From positions 1,010-65,009 of IMG/VR virus record IMGVR_UViG_3300042691_017518: a stretch of DNA of 64,000 nucleotides. The stretch is one strand, 5' to 3'. Below the pieces are notes generated by a model, which was not told where the DNA came from, did no database searches, and saw nothing but the letters and a program-made list of their open reading frames with translations. Of the stretch, positions 9,431-19,679 are shown in pieces (within the stretch, counting starts at the first letter, position 1; every line of letters starts with the position of its first letter). The DNA is from a virus. Its lineage: Duplodnaviria > Caudoviricetes. Made by a program: the position numbers and the translations under genes.

Positions 9431-10432
9431 ATGAAGGAGATTAATCTAAATTCCATTGTTTTTAATAGCATAATTACTAGAGAAGATATTCTTAAGTATC
9501 TTACTCAAGAAGAGATCTATTCTTATTATTTAGGAGAAGATATAAAATCTTTAGGTGTATATCATAGTCCATTAAGAGAGGATAATATTCCATCATTTGC
9601 TTTATACTTTCATAAAGTAAATAGAGATATTCTAATGTTCTATGATTTTGCAACAAGAGATTGTGGAGATTTTGTTGTATTAGTCATGAGGCTATTTAAA
9701 CTTCAATATCCTGAAGCTTTAAAAAAGATAGCTTTTGATATGGGATTAAGTGCCTTTGATGTAGATACTACTCGTCAAGTTGTTCAATATACTAGAATAG
9801 TTGAAAGAGATAAGATCAAACTAGGCATAAAACTCCGTCCTTGGTTAAATAAAGATAAGGCCTACTGGTCTAGTTTCGGTATAAAAAAATCTACTTTAGA
9901 AAAATTTAGGGTTTATCCGATTGAGTACATATTCTATAATGACACTGCTGTCAAGGCTCATGAATATGCTTATGCATATGTAGAGCAAAAAGATGAAAGA
10001 ATAAGCTACAAGATCTATCAACCTTATGAGATTAAGATAAAGAAATGGATTAACAATGCCGATTATAGTGTCCATCAAGGATATACTCAATTGCCTGAAT
10101 CTGGAGAATTGCTGATAGTGACTAAGTCCTTAAAAGATGTAATGAGTATTCACGATTGTTTAGGAGTCTCAGCAATAGGTCTTCAGTCAGAAAGTGTGAT
10201 GATGAAAGATTCAGTAATGGATGAGTATAAGAAAAGATTTAATAAAGTAATTTGTTTGTTTGACAATGATGAAGCAGGTAAGAAATTATCTGAAAGCTTT
10301 ACTGATAAATATAACATACCGCACTTTTTTGTGCCTGAGCTACCAAAAGTAACTGACTTCAGTGATCTTGTAAAAGCAGTAGGTAAAGAGGAAGCGGTTA
10401 TTATTATTAATAATAAAATTAAAGAGTTATGA
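9431..10432 (+). CDS. DNA primase (TOPRIM)
   Basis: SPLREDNIPSF N-terminal domain, TKSLKDVM, FDNDEAG, TDFSD; start placed at ATG 9431 downstream of terminator. Confidence 0.85.
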   Translation: MKEINLNSIVFNSIITREDILKYLTQEEIYSYYLGEDIKSLGVYHSPLREDNIPSFALYFHKVNRDILMFYDFATRDCGDFVVLVMRLFKLQYPEALKKIAFDMGLSAFDVDTTRQVVQYTRIVERDKIKLGIKLRPWLNKDKAYWSSFGIKKSTLEKFRVYPIEYIFYNDTAVKAHEYAYAYVEQKDERISYKIYQPYEIKIKKWINNADYSVHQGYTQLPESGELLIVTKSLKDVMSIHDCLGVSAIGLQSESVMMKDSVMDEYKKRFNKVICLFDNDEAGKKLSESFTDKYNIPHFFVPELPKVTDFSDLVKAVGKEEAVIIINNKIKEL

Positions 10433-10626
10433 ATATTGAAGATTTTAAAGAATGGCTAGAAGATTTGGATATCCAAACTCTGACTCAAGAACTAAAAGAT
10501 GAAATTTTTACTTCTGTAGAAATAGTAGTTCTAAATAGCGGAGAAGAAAGATTTAATGATGGCCTAGAAGAAGGCATAGAAACAGCTAAAAAAGCTATTA
10601 AAAATTTCTTAGAAGATAACCTATGA
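10429..10626 (+). CDS. small acidic hypothetical protein
   Basis: 65 aa, ATGA overlaps at both ends. Confidence 0.7.
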   Translation: MNIEDFKEWLEDLDIQTLTQELKDEIFTSVEIVVLNSGEERFNDGLEEGIETAKKAIKNFLEDNL

Positions 10627-11798
10627 CTAAGCAAGAATCACTTAGTAAAACTGGAAAAGATTTAATGTTGAAGGAGCCCTATTACGGGTTCTTTTTGATT
10701 GCACTAAATAAAATCTGGACTAATAAAGTCCCAACAGCAGGTGTAAGTAAGGATGGTATTAACTATAGACTGTATATTGGCGAGGATTTCTGGAGTGAAT
10801 TATCCGAAGATCATCGTCGAGGTTTGTTAAAACACGAGTTACTTCATATTGCATTTGGGCATCTAACAATGTATTTTAAATTTTCTGATAAAAGGCGAGC
10901 TAATGTCGCAATGGACATGGAAATAAATCAATACATTGATGAGGAAGATTTACCTGAAGGAGGTATTAAAATAGAAGATTATTCTGATCTTAATCTTGAT
11001 CTTAAAGCTGGTTGTAGATATTATTACGACAAGCTTAAACAGTTTCAAGATAAAAAAGATAAAGACGGCACTTGTGGCTGTGGAAAAATGGATGAACTTC
11101 TAGATGGTATCCAAAGAGGTAATATTCCTGATCACTCTACTTGGGAAGAATTTGCAGATTTATCTGAAGCTGAAGAAAAGCTTTTAAATAAACAAGTACA
11201 AAGACTTCTTAATGATGCTGAACAAAAAACTAAATCTTGTGGCGGACATGTACCTAATGAATTAAAAGACAAGATTATTCTTGAAGAGCTTTTGCCTCCT
11301 AAGTTTAATTGGAAAGAGCATATTAGAAGATTTACTGGAGTAAGTACTAAGATTTATACAAGAAAATCTCGTAGGAAACAAAATATTAAGTTTCCTGATA
11401 ATCCAGCTCTTAAGATAAAGATGCGTCAAAAAATGTTAATAGCTATAGATACTTCTGGATCAGTAAACAACAATGAACTAAAAGAATTTATGAATGAAAT
11501 TCATCATGTTCACAAAGCAGGAGTTGATATTAGTATAATACAGTGTGATACAGAAATTAGATCTATTGACGATTATAATGGAGATTTTACTCTTAATGTC
11601 GTAGGTAGAGGTGGAACATCATTTGATCCTGTATTAGAATATTTTGAGCAGCATAAAGAATACACTAGCCTTATCTATTTTACTGATGGCGAATGTTCAA
11701 CAAGTATTAAACCAAGTAAACCCATATTGTGGGTATTATCTGAGCAGTCTTCAATGAATGAAGAATTGCCAGGAAGAGTTATTAAATTAGAATTATAA
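10623..11798 (+). CDS. metallopeptidase-like + vWA domain protein (DUF2201-type)
   Basis: HELLH zincin motif, NVAMDMEINQ, MIDAS IDTSGS, GRGGT, YFTDG. Confidence 0.88.
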   Translation: MTKQESLSKTGKDLMLKEPYYGFFLIALNKIWTNKVPTAGVSKDGINYRLYIGEDFWSELSEDHRRGLLKHELLHIAFGHLTMYFKFSDKRRANVAMDMEINQYIDEEDLPEGGIKIEDYSDLNLDLKAGCRYYYDKLKQFQDKKDKDGTCGCGKMDELLDGIQRGNIPDHSTWEEFADLSEAEEKLLNKQVQRLLNDAEQKTKSCGGHVPNELKDKIILEELLPPKFNWKEHIRRFTGVSTKIYTRKSRRKQNIKFPDNPALKIKMRQKMLIAIDTSGSVNNNELKEFMNEIHHVHKAGVDISIIQCDTEIRSIDDYNGDFTLNVVGRGGTSFDPVLEYFEQHKEYTSLIYFTDGECSTSIKPSKPILWVLSEQSSMNEELPGRVIKLEL

Positions 11799-11808
11799 AT
11801 AAAAAATT

Positions 11809-12978
11809 ATGAGTCAAGTACAATTAAATATAGACGAGTTAAAGGGATTTTTATCCCATATGATTAAGAATAATCAACACATTCAAGAGCAAGGTAAAGT
11901 TCCAGTTACTATTAACATCGTCGGCGATGCTGGCCTTGGCAAGACTTCTGCTATTTTACAAATGGCTAAAGAATCTAATATGGATATGGTTAAGTTAAAT
12001 TTAGCACAGTTCGAAGAACTTGGCGACTTAATTGGCTTTCCTGTTAAAGAATATCAGATTAAAAATGCTGAAGGCAAAACTCTTTGGATTACTGAGCAAG
12101 AGATTGAAAAAGCTAGTTCTAAAGGCTATCGCGTAGTAGGTAAAAGAATGTCTCATGCTGCTCCTGAGTGGATTCAGGGAAAGAAAGAAGGCGGTTTCTT
12201 GATACTAGATGACTTTACTCGTGCTGATCATAGATTTCAGCAAGCAGTAATGGAGATATGTGATCGTCAAGAATATGCATCTTGGAAACTGCCTAAAAAT
12301 TGGCATGTAATTCTAACTTCTAATCCTGACAATGGTGATTATAATGTCACTAGTCTTGACGTTGCTCAGCAAACTCGTTTTATCTCTGTAGAGCTAAAAT
12401 ATGATGTTAATGTATGGGCTCGTTGGGCAGAGGATATAGGAATAGATGGTAGATGTATTAACTTCATGTTGATGAATCCAGAGCTTGTAACTCAAAGAGT
12501 AAATCCAAGATCTATTACTACTTTCTTTAATGCTATTAGTTCTATTAATAATTTTTATGATGAGCTTCCTTTGATTCAAATGATCGGCGAGGGCTCTGTA
12601 GGTATAGATTTCAGTTCTATGTTTGTTATGTTTATTAATAACAAACTCGATACTTTAATTACTCCTGAAGAAATTATGAATAAAGATGAGAAGTCTGTAT
12701 TTGAAATTTTAGAAGCTATCGTAGGCATAGAAGATAATTTTAGAGCAGATCTATCTAGTGTAATGGCTACAAGAATTATAAACTATTGTTTGACTAAAGC
12801 TAAAACTCAGAATATTTCTGATGCTATGATTAATAGACTTAGTAAAATAACTACAGTTTGTACAGCTTTTACAGATGATCTGAAGTATTATATGTCTAAA
12901 GAATTATTAGGTGGGAATAAGACTAAGTTTGCTAAACTGATGCTTAATCCTAAAGTCGCTAACATGGTAATTAAATAA
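11809..12978 (+). CDS. MoxR-like AAA+ ATPase
   Basis: GDAGLGKT, LILDDFTRA, TSNP, TRF, NPRS; adjacent to vWA partner. Confidence 0.85.
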   Translation: MSQVQLNIDELKGFLSHMIKNNQHIQEQGKVPVTINIVGDAGLGKTSAILQMAKESNMDMVKLNLAQFEELGDLIGFPVKEYQIKNAEGKTLWITEQEIEKASSKGYRVVGKRMSHAAPEWIQGKKEGGFLILDDFTRADHRFQQAVMEICDRQEYASWKLPKNWHVILTSNPDNGDYNVTSLDVAQQTRFISVELKYDVNVWARWAEDIGIDGRCINFMLMNPELVTQRVNPRSITTFFNAISSINNFYDELPLIQMIGEGSVGIDFSSMFVMFINNKLDTLITPEEIMNKDEKSVFEILEAIVGIEDNFRADLSSVMATRIINYCLTKAKTQNISDAMINRLSKITTVCTAFTDDLKYYMSKELLGGNKTKFAKLMLNPKVANMVIK

Positions 12979-12980
12979 TT

Positions 12981-14123
12981 ATGGAAACATTTTTAAAATT
13001 TGAAGCTGAAGTTGATGATAACGGTAAGCTATGGAATATTAAATTAGAACAAATTAGCTGTCTAACAGCGGGCACAAATCCATTTAATATTGTAAAGAAA
13101 GAATATACTCCTAATATGAAAGATAAACTTTTCTTTTTGCCTGGAGTAAATATTCCTAGAATTAAGCTTAAAGATTTTGCCCTTAATTATCATATTAAAA
13201 CAGTAAGGGATGTTGCTGACGCTAATGTAGTTTTTGGTGGTAATCTTAGTAACAGTAAAGTACTCTCAACAAACTGGACTTCTCAAGTTGATACAGACAA
13301 GTTTAAAGCTTGTTTTGAAGCATTAGTAGAGCTAGGAAAACTTGATGATATTATTGTAGAAAGAGTAAAAACTGCTTTAGAATTTTACACTCAGCCTATT
13401 ATATATTCTGATTACCGTTCTATTTCTATGGTAGGTGACGACAGTTTGTATACAGGCTTGATAGTAAATCCTGCTTATGAGTTTAATAATAGCAAAAATT
13501 CTACTTATGCTTATACAGTAGAAGAAGAATATTTTGAGCTAGTAGAATTCTTAGATGGCAAAGAAGTAATTGACGAGGGCTCTTTATTGAAACATATTAA
13601 CGGCGATGATGCTATATTGATTAACAAAGAAGTATATGAACAACTAGTAGCAATGTTAGATAGTTCTGATGTTGATAATCATGTATTAGCAATAGAAATT
13701 ATGTCTAATTGTAAACTTAATGAAAGCTTATTTTATATTTTAAAATTGCTGGGTAGATACAGTGTGACAATTTCATGTTGCAGAAGCGTAAATCATGTTA
13801 ATTTTAAGAGTTTACTTAGTTATTTAGGCGTCAATAAAAACTCTATGGCCTTTACTACTGATAGAAAAATCCAAATGTTAATGGAAAAAGGTGTGTTGAC
13901 TCCAGGTATGTTAAATGCCTTAATTAAAGAAGAGTTATATAATCCTTCTACTTTCCATTCTACAATGGTGCAAATTAAAACAGTAACAGTAAATCAAAAC
14001 ATTCTTAAGTATCTAAATAAAAACTATGAGTTTAGATTTTTAGATGAGTTTGAGCCTGTGGAAGAAGTTATAGAAGAACAAATAGTATTAACAACAACTG
14101 AGCAAACTCCTACTTGGTTATAA
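12981..14123 (+). CDS. hypothetical protein
   Basis: 380 aa ORF directly after MoxR ATPase. Confidence 0.75.
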   Translation: METFLKFEAEVDDNGKLWNIKLEQISCLTAGTNPFNIVKKEYTPNMKDKLFFLPGVNIPRIKLKDFALNYHIKTVRDVADANVVFGGNLSNSKVLSTNWTSQVDTDKFKACFEALVELGKLDDIIVERVKTALEFYTQPIIYSDYRSISMVGDDSLYTGLIVNPAYEFNNSKNSTYAYTVEEEYFELVEFLDGKEVIDEGSLLKHINGDDAILINKEVYEQLVAMLDSSDVDNHVLAIEIMSNCKLNESLFYILKLLGRYSVTISCCRSVNHVNFKSLLSYLGVNKNSMAFTTDRKIQMLMEKGVLTPGMLNALIKEELYNPSTFHSTMVQIKTVTVNQNILKYLNKNYEFRFLDEFEPVEEVIEEQIVLTTTEQTPTWL

Positions 14124-14138
14124 CAAACAAGCGTAATT

Positions 14139-14633
14139 ATGGTAAGCGAATTAAAATTAGAATTTCCAGAATTTATTACGCATATTCCTCAGACTAAAAA
14201 GTTATGGATTAAAATTGGATATAATAAAATTCATGCTTCTGTGCATTATACCACGCGGGCTGCTCTTGTAGCAGCCATGCATGGGTATATTGAAAAACAC
14301 ATTCCAGAAAATTTAACTATTCAGGGACCTGTAGAAACAAGACTGACTATATATGCTCCAATAAACTTTGGTAACATGAAGATGGTTATGGATAAAGAAA
14401 CTAATAAACGCAAAGTACAATGGAAACCTGCTCTTGAAGACTATAAGCCTAATTGGGATATAGGTAATCTAGCACTTATCTGGCTTAAATGCTTAGATGA
14501 TGTGTTAATTAAAAAGGGCATTCTTCCTGATGATACTGTAGAGTATCTTCAACGTACAACTTATGAGTTTATTCCTGTAAGTAACTTTCGAGACAGAAAA
14601 TTGGTATATAAACTTAAAACAATTAAAAAGTAA
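14139..14633 (+). CDS. RusA-like Holliday junction resolvase
   Basis: DIGNL...KCLDDVL...GILPDD matches RusA DxDN..K...D.L..G...DD pattern. Confidence 0.7.
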   Translation: MVSELKLEFPEFITHIPQTKKLWIKIGYNKIHASVHYTTRAALVAAMHGYIEKHIPENLTIQGPVETRLTIYAPINFGNMKMVMDKETNKRKVQWKPALEDYKPNWDIGNLALIWLKCLDDVLIKKGILPDDTVEYLQRTTYEFIPVSNFRDRKLVYKLKTIKK

Positions 14634-15664
14634 TGGAGTATAGAGAAATAGACGCACTGAATCAAAGTATATTAAAAAAGATTCTAGAGAGTCCTCAAGA
14701 GTTTCTTAAAGCTAAAAGAAGACAAGAAACACGAGAAGAATCTACTGGAGATCATTTTTTATTTGGTTCAATTGTAGACTTAATGTTGACAGGGTCGAAA
14801 AAAGAATTTGATGCTAAGTATGCAGTAATAGATGACGAAACTAGTTGTTCTGATGGAGTAAAAGCGATAGTAGACGGAGTATTTTTAGATTATTTAGATT
14901 TAGAAGATAATGATTTTCTAAGTTTAGAATCTTTAAAAGACTCTGTGTTACAACATTGTAAGTATCAGAATTATCAACCTAAGTGGAAAGATGAAACTAG
15001 GATCAATAAAATTATAGAACTTGGATCTGATTATTTTGAAGCTCTTAAAATAACTAAGGGTAAAACTGTAGTATCCCAAACTGAATATGCTAAGGCAGTT
15101 AATTGCAAAGCAGCTCTACAGGTTGATCAGTTTACCCGTGAGTTTGTTGTAGAAAAATCTAAACCAAATAGAGAATTCTTAGATAAGTTTATCATAAAGT
15201 TTGAATGGAAAGGCTATAATATTAAGGGCGAATTAGACAGAGTAATTATAGATCATGATGCTAAAACTATTACACCTATTGACTTTAAGACTACAGGTAA
15301 AACAGTTAATAGTTTTGTTTCTGATTTCTGGTATTATCGTTATGATTTCCAAGCAGCTGTATACCATCGAGGTATTATGTTGTCTGACAATGAGCTAATA
15401 GATAAGTTAATAGAAGATGGCTATAGGCTGAAAGATTTTCTTTATATAGTAGTAGAGAAGAATCTTTCTAATCCTCCTATGGTATTTACTATTAGTCCAA
15501 GAGTCCTTGATGTAGGATTTTCTGGGGGAACCTTATCTAACGGCAAACAGTTAGATGGATTTGAACAAGCTATTATGCGGTATGAATTTGCTATGAATAA
15601 TGATGCTTGGCACTATCCAATGGAGTATTATGATAATGGCGGATCCATATTTATAGAGCCATGA
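14633..15664 (+). CDS. PD-(D/E)XK exonuclease (exonuclease VIII/DUF3799-like)
   Basis: NQSILK, FGS, KGELD, IDFKTT, YDFQAAVY, IVVEK. Confidence 0.85.
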   Translation: MEYREIDALNQSILKKILESPQEFLKAKRRQETREESTGDHFLFGSIVDLMLTGSKKEFDAKYAVIDDETSCSDGVKAIVDGVFLDYLDLEDNDFLSLESLKDSVLQHCKYQNYQPKWKDETRINKIIELGSDYFEALKITKGKTVVSQTEYAKAVNCKAALQVDQFTREFVVEKSKPNREFLDKFIIKFEWKGYNIKGELDRVIIDHDAKTITPIDFKTTGKTVNSFVSDFWYYRYDFQAAVYHRGIMLSDNELIDKLIEDGYRLKDFLYIVVEKNLSNPPMVFTISPRVLDVGFSGGTLSNGKQLDGFEQAIMRYEFAMNNDAWHYPMEYYDNGGSIFIEP

Positions 15665-16284
15665 GTAAAATAAAATTTACAAAAACAGCAACTTTTTTGT
15701 TTCCATTATTAGAAATTCCTAAATCTTTATTTGACTGTGATGTTAAAGATCGTTTTGGTAGATTTATATGCAATACTAGATTTCTAAATGCATATCTCCA
15801 CGATAGTAATATATCAAAATATCAAAGTACTGAAGAAATAGATTATGTTTTTATAGTAATTAGGAATTATCAAGATGTGGGATTTGCTGCATTTCAATCA
15901 ACCTTAAGGGCTTTTAGAAATTATGTAGATGATTATGATTATAAAGAATGTTTTGTAGCAGTTTTTTCTGTGCCCTATGATAATCAAAAAGATTTTGATT
16001 TAATCAAATCGGGACGATATTCTGAAGTAAGCACTATAGGCAAAAAGTTAATTTTAGCCAATAATTTTTATAGTGGCAAACCTTTTACTTTGCCATTGAT
16101 TTTAAATAAAGCAGAAGTCTTAAAAATAAGCTGGGAAGAAAGGTTAAGTAATCCTTGGTCTCCTGCATATCTATTTGATCAAGAAGTTTGGCCTATTATA
16201 GATTATTCTAAAGAAATTCTTAAAAAAGATACTTTAGAATCATTTGAAAAGAAAAAAGATTTTATACCATCAGAGGAGTTTTAG
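15661..16284 (+). CDS. hypothetical protein
   Basis: 207 aa, ATGA overlap with upstream gene. Confidence 0.75.
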   Translation: MSKIKFTKTATFLFPLLEIPKSLFDCDVKDRFGRFICNTRFLNAYLHDSNISKYQSTEEIDYVFIVIRNYQDVGFAAFQSTLRAFRNYVDDYDYKECFVAVFSVPYDNQKDFDLIKSGRYSEVSTIGKKLILANNFYSGKPFTLPLILNKAEVLKISWEERLSNPWSPAYLFDQEVWPIIDYSKEILKKDTLESFEKKKDFIPSEEF

Positions 16285-16299
16285 CTCCTCTGATTTTTT
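16269..16299 (+). terminator. Rho-independent terminator
   Basis: ATCAGAGGAGT-TTTA-GCTCCTCTGAT stem followed by T-run. Confidence 0.85.
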
Positions 16300-16309
16300 A
16301 ATTTTTATT

Positions 16310-17179
16310 ATGGAAAAACTTATTGAAACAGTTAATAGAAAAAGCATGTTGATTCGTCCTTCTGGTAGGTCTACTGATTTTATTTCACCAAGTTTTGGAC
16401 ACGGGTGTCTTTATAACTGCAGTTACTGCTACATGAAAAGACACAAGCCTGAAGGATTAACTATTGCTGACCCTAAAAGCGTTACAGATATTTTAACAGA
16501 AATAAACTCTCATGCATGGTTTAACACAACAGAAAAGCCTAATCAAACTCATGAGGAATTTATTACTTATGATATTTCTTGCAACGAGGATTTTGCTTTA
16601 CATGCAAAGTTTCATAACTGGGAAAGAATTTTTAATTTCTTTAAGGATCATCCTATAGCTATGGGATCTTTTGCCACTAAGTATGTGAATAAGAAATTAC
16701 TAGATTATAATCCAGAAGGCAAAATAAGAATTAGATTTAGTTTAATGCCTCAAAAATATGCTTATGTTTTAGAACATAATACTAGTTTTATTGAAGATAG
16801 AATTAAAGCTATTGATACTTTTATTGATGCAGGCTATGATGTGCATATAAACTTTAGTCCTGTAATTATTACAGATAGTTGGCTTGTTGATTATAAATGG
16901 CTATTTAAACAAGTAGATAAATATGTTATTAATAAAGACAAAGTTAAAGCTGAAGTAATCTTTCTTACTCATAATAACTCAAAGCATATTTATAATACTC
17001 TAAATAATATTCCAGGGGAAGATTTAATATGGCGCCCTGATATTCAAGAAAGTAAAACTTCTCAATATGGGTCTGTAAATCTTAGATACAGACATGATTT
17101 AAAAGCTGAATATATTAAGCAGTTTGTTAAATTACATGATGAAATAATTCCTTGGAATACAATAAGATACATTTTTTAA
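16310..17179 (+). CDS. spore photoproduct lyase family radical SAM protein
   Basis: GCLYNCSYCYM (CxxxCxxC), CNED, FATK, RIRFSLMP, NFSPVI, LRY; start placed at ATG 16310 after terminator. Confidence 0.85.
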   Translation: MEKLIETVNRKSMLIRPSGRSTDFISPSFGHGCLYNCSYCYMKRHKPEGLTIADPKSVTDILTEINSHAWFNTTEKPNQTHEEFITYDISCNEDFALHAKFHNWERIFNFFKDHPIAMGSFATKYVNKKLLDYNPEGKIRIRFSLMPQKYAYVLEHNTSFIEDRIKAIDTFIDAGYDVHINFSPVIITDSWLVDYKWLFKQVDKYVINKDKVKAEVIFLTHNNSKHIYNTLNNIPGEDLIWRPDIQESKTSQYGSVNLRYRHDLKAEYIKQFVKLHDEIIPWNTIRYIF

Positions 17180-17189
17180 TTTTAAACCT

Positions 17190-17411
17190 ATGGCAGAAGA
17201 AAAAGAAAAAATTGCTAAACTTAAAAATAAGATTAAGCAATTAAAAAGTGAACTGAAAATTGCTAGAGAACTAACAATAGCTTATCAGCAAAGATCCCAT
17301 CACTATGAGGCAATGACTATTAATTTACGAAAAGAAATACATGGATCAAAATGGCTAGAGGAAAAGAATTTTGGTATAAACACCTCGGAGAAGGATGGGC
17401 TGAAGTTATAA
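17190..17411 (+). CDS. coiled-coil hypothetical protein
   Basis: 73 aa ORF. Confidence 0.6.
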   Translation: MAEEKEKIAKLKNKIKQLKSELKIARELTIAYQQRSHHYEAMTINLRKEIHGSKWLEEKNFGINTSEKDGLKL

Positions 17412-18031
17412 AACCTTTGTTAAAAACTTCAGAGTTTAATAATATTCTTGATACTTTAGCAGTTAACTATGTATTTACTTCTCATTATCCTGAAGATGTA
17501 GATAGCATATTTAAAGCTTTTAAACTTTGTCCTTGGGACAGTTTGCAAATAGTTATCATTGGTACAGAGCCAGGACCTTATACAGGGACTGGTCCTCTGG
17601 CCTTTTCAGATGCTTCTGTACTCTATACTAATTCCTCAGCTAATCTAATAAGACAATGCGTAGCGGATTATAAAAAAGAGTTATATTTAGATTTTGACAC
17701 TAGTTTTGAACATTGGGCAAGTCAAGGAATTTTAATGCTTAATCGCAGCCTTACTTGCAAGCAAAATGAAAGTAGTAGTCATAGAGATCTTTGGAAGAAG
17801 TTTTTTGGAGCTATATTATATGTAATCGAAAAGTATAAGCCAGGTACAATATTTTTACTTTGGGGAAAAGAAGCAGAAAAATATAGCAAATTGCTTTCTG
17901 TTAATCACCATGTATTTTCTTGTGAACATCCTATGAAGGCTTATGTAAACAAAACTAAATGGCGATGTAATAATTTTGCACAGGTAAATAAATTATTAGA
18001 GTATTATGGGAGACAGCAAATTAACTGGTGA
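17351..18031 (+). CDS. uracil-DNA glycosylase family 1-like protein (divergent active site)
   Basis: FKAF..CP, VIIGTEP, LAFS, WASQGILMLN, FLLWG, HP. Confidence 0.8.
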   Translation: MARGKEFWYKHLGEGWAEVIKPLLKTSEFNNILDTLAVNYVFTSHYPEDVDSIFKAFKLCPWDSLQIVIIGTEPGPYTGTGPLAFSDASVLYTNSSANLIRQCVADYKKELYLDFDTSFEHWASQGILMLNRSLTCKQNESSSHRDLWKKFFGAILYVIEKYKPGTIFLLWGKEAEKYSKLLSVNHHVFSCEHPMKAYVNKTKWRCNNFAQVNKLLEYYGRQQINW

Positions 18032-18383
18032 TTATGAAAAGATCACTAAGAAAAAGTTTAATAGAGCAGAGCTCTTAGATATCAGACAGAGAATAATTGA
18101 CGGACATCCTATATACTACATATGTAAAGTTTATAAAGTAGATAGATTAGTTGTACAAGAGTTGTTTAAAGAGTTTATATTAACTTTGGATAGTATAAGG
18201 AAATATAGTCCTAGAGCTGTTATAGGCAATAAAAACACTAGTTACTTTACAGAAGATGAAATGCTAGCAGGTCTTCCAGTTTATACTTGGGAGGAATTAA
18301 GTAAATTAGAAAAACATTTTTATTTAAATTATGGAAAAGAAAACGATAACAGAAATGATAGCTCATTGGAGCCAGGTGTTTAA
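18006..18383 (+). CDS. hypothetical protein (possible N-terminal HTH)
   Basis: 125 aa ORF overlapping neighbours. Confidence 0.6.
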   Translation: MGDSKLTGDYEKITKKKFNRAELLDIRQRIIDGHPIYYICKVYKVDRLVVQELFKEFILTLDSIRKYSPRAVIGNKNTSYFTEDEMLAGLPVYTWEELSKLEKHFYLNYGKENDNRNDSSLEPGV

Positions 18384-18774
18384 TCTACCTATTAAAACTA
18401 ATCCTGAGTTTCCTGATCAAGAAAGATTAGAATTATCTCTTAAGTTAATCAGAGAAGAGTTTAATGAAACTGAGGTAGGTTTTATCACTAGAAACTTCAA
18501 AGAGACTCAAGATGGCTTAGGTGATTTATTGTGGGTAACTATCAGAGCGATGATGGAATTAGGAATAGATCCACACGAAACCATAGAGGCTATATATGAA
18601 TCTAATATGTCAAAAGCTGATACTACTCAAGAAGATGCACTTATAACTTATAAACAGTATAAAGTCCAAGGTATAGATACATATAGTCGAGAGAAGAATG
18701 GTTTGTTTATAACTTACCGTATCTCAGATAATAAAGTATTAAAGAGTCATAAATTTAAAGAACCTAAACTATGA
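18331..18774 (+). CDS. MazG-like NTP pyrophosphohydrolase
   Basis: LIREEFNE, DGLGDLLWV, SNMSK, KVLKS. Confidence 0.85.
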   Translation: MEKKTITEMIAHWSQVFNLPIKTNPEFPDQERLELSLKLIREEFNETEVGFITRNFKETQDGLGDLLWVTIRAMMELGIDPHETIEAIYESNMSKADTTQEDALITYKQYKVQGIDTYSREKNGLFITYRISDNKVLKSHKFKEPKL

Positions 18775-19088
18775 GACCTGGTCAAAAAGTAGTATGTGTG
18801 GATGATAGTGTATCATCACCTGAATTAATGTGGTCTATCATGCTTAACTTCCAACAGTGGATTAAGAAAGATGTGACATATACTATACGTGAGATATTAA
18901 ATAATGATGATATAGTTATAGGAGTGTTATTAAAAGAAATAGTTAATAAACCTGTGTATATTAAATTAATTGATAAAACTCAGGAACCAGCTTTTGGAGC
19001 ATTTAGATTTAGAGAGTTAGATGAATTTGAGGATCTAGAAGCTATTAACTCTGTAGAACAATTAGTAGAAGAAATAAACAAGTTATGA
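18771..19088 (+). CDS. hypothetical protein
   Basis: 105 aa, GQKVVCVDD start, ATGA overlaps. Confidence 0.7.
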   Translation: MRPGQKVVCVDDSVSSPELMWSIMLNFQQWIKKDVTYTIREILNNDDIVIGVLLKEIVNKPVYIKLIDKTQEPAFGAFRFRELDEFEDLEAINSVEQLVEEINKL

Positions 19089-19339
19089 CTAAAAGAGATT
19101 TTTTATTAGAAGCAGCAGGATTTTTTCTATGTGTAGATTATGAAGAATTATTACCTGTATCTAAACAGTTAGATTTATTATTAGCTGCACAAGAAGAGTA
19201 TCAGCTGGATACTCCTGAAGGAGTTGTATTATGGAAACCTTTTGAATATTGGACATGTGAGCAAATATTAGAAGAGATACATAATTTAGCAGGATTATTA
19301 GAAAGGTTATATAATATGGGCAAGAATGAGCGACGCTAG
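19085..19339 (+). CDS. hypothetical protein
   Basis: 84 aa, ATGA overlap. Confidence 0.65.
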   Translation: MTKRDFLLEAAGFFLCVDYEELLPVSKQLDLLLAAQEEYQLDTPEGVVLWKPFEYWTCEQILEEIHNLAGLLERLYNMGKNERR

Positions 19340-19679
19340 TGAAGAATCTGTGACATATATTATAATGCTCTCTGCTATGCAAGTAGTTTTAAACTGCGCT
19401 TTAGAACTTCAGGGGACCATTTATGATCAAGGCAAAGTTAAAATTAAAGTTCGTGAAGCTATTAATATACTATCAGCACAAAACAGTAAAAACAGAGATA
19501 AGATCTGGAAGACAGATGAAAAACATGCTGCTGATTTAATGTATGCTGTACAGATTATAGGCGAACAAATTGCAAAAGGGGACGGTATGGCTTTAGCTGC
19601 TATAACTAAACTAACTCGTGATGGATTTGATTTATCACGATGTGTAATTACTGAACTAAACGAAAAAGACCAGGTTTGA
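19326..19679 (+). CDS. hypothetical protein
   Basis: 117 aa, last gene of + arm. Confidence 0.65.
   Translation: MSDASEESVTYIIMLSAMQVVLNCALELQGTIYDQGKVKIKVREAINILSAQNSKNRDKIWKTDEKHAADLMYAVQIIGEQIAKGDGMALAAITKLTRDGFDLSRCVITELNEKDQV

Noticed and set aside
16244-16309. Longer N-terminus for SP lyase
   Set aside because: TTG start inside upstream gene and crosses a terminator; ATG 16310 preferred.
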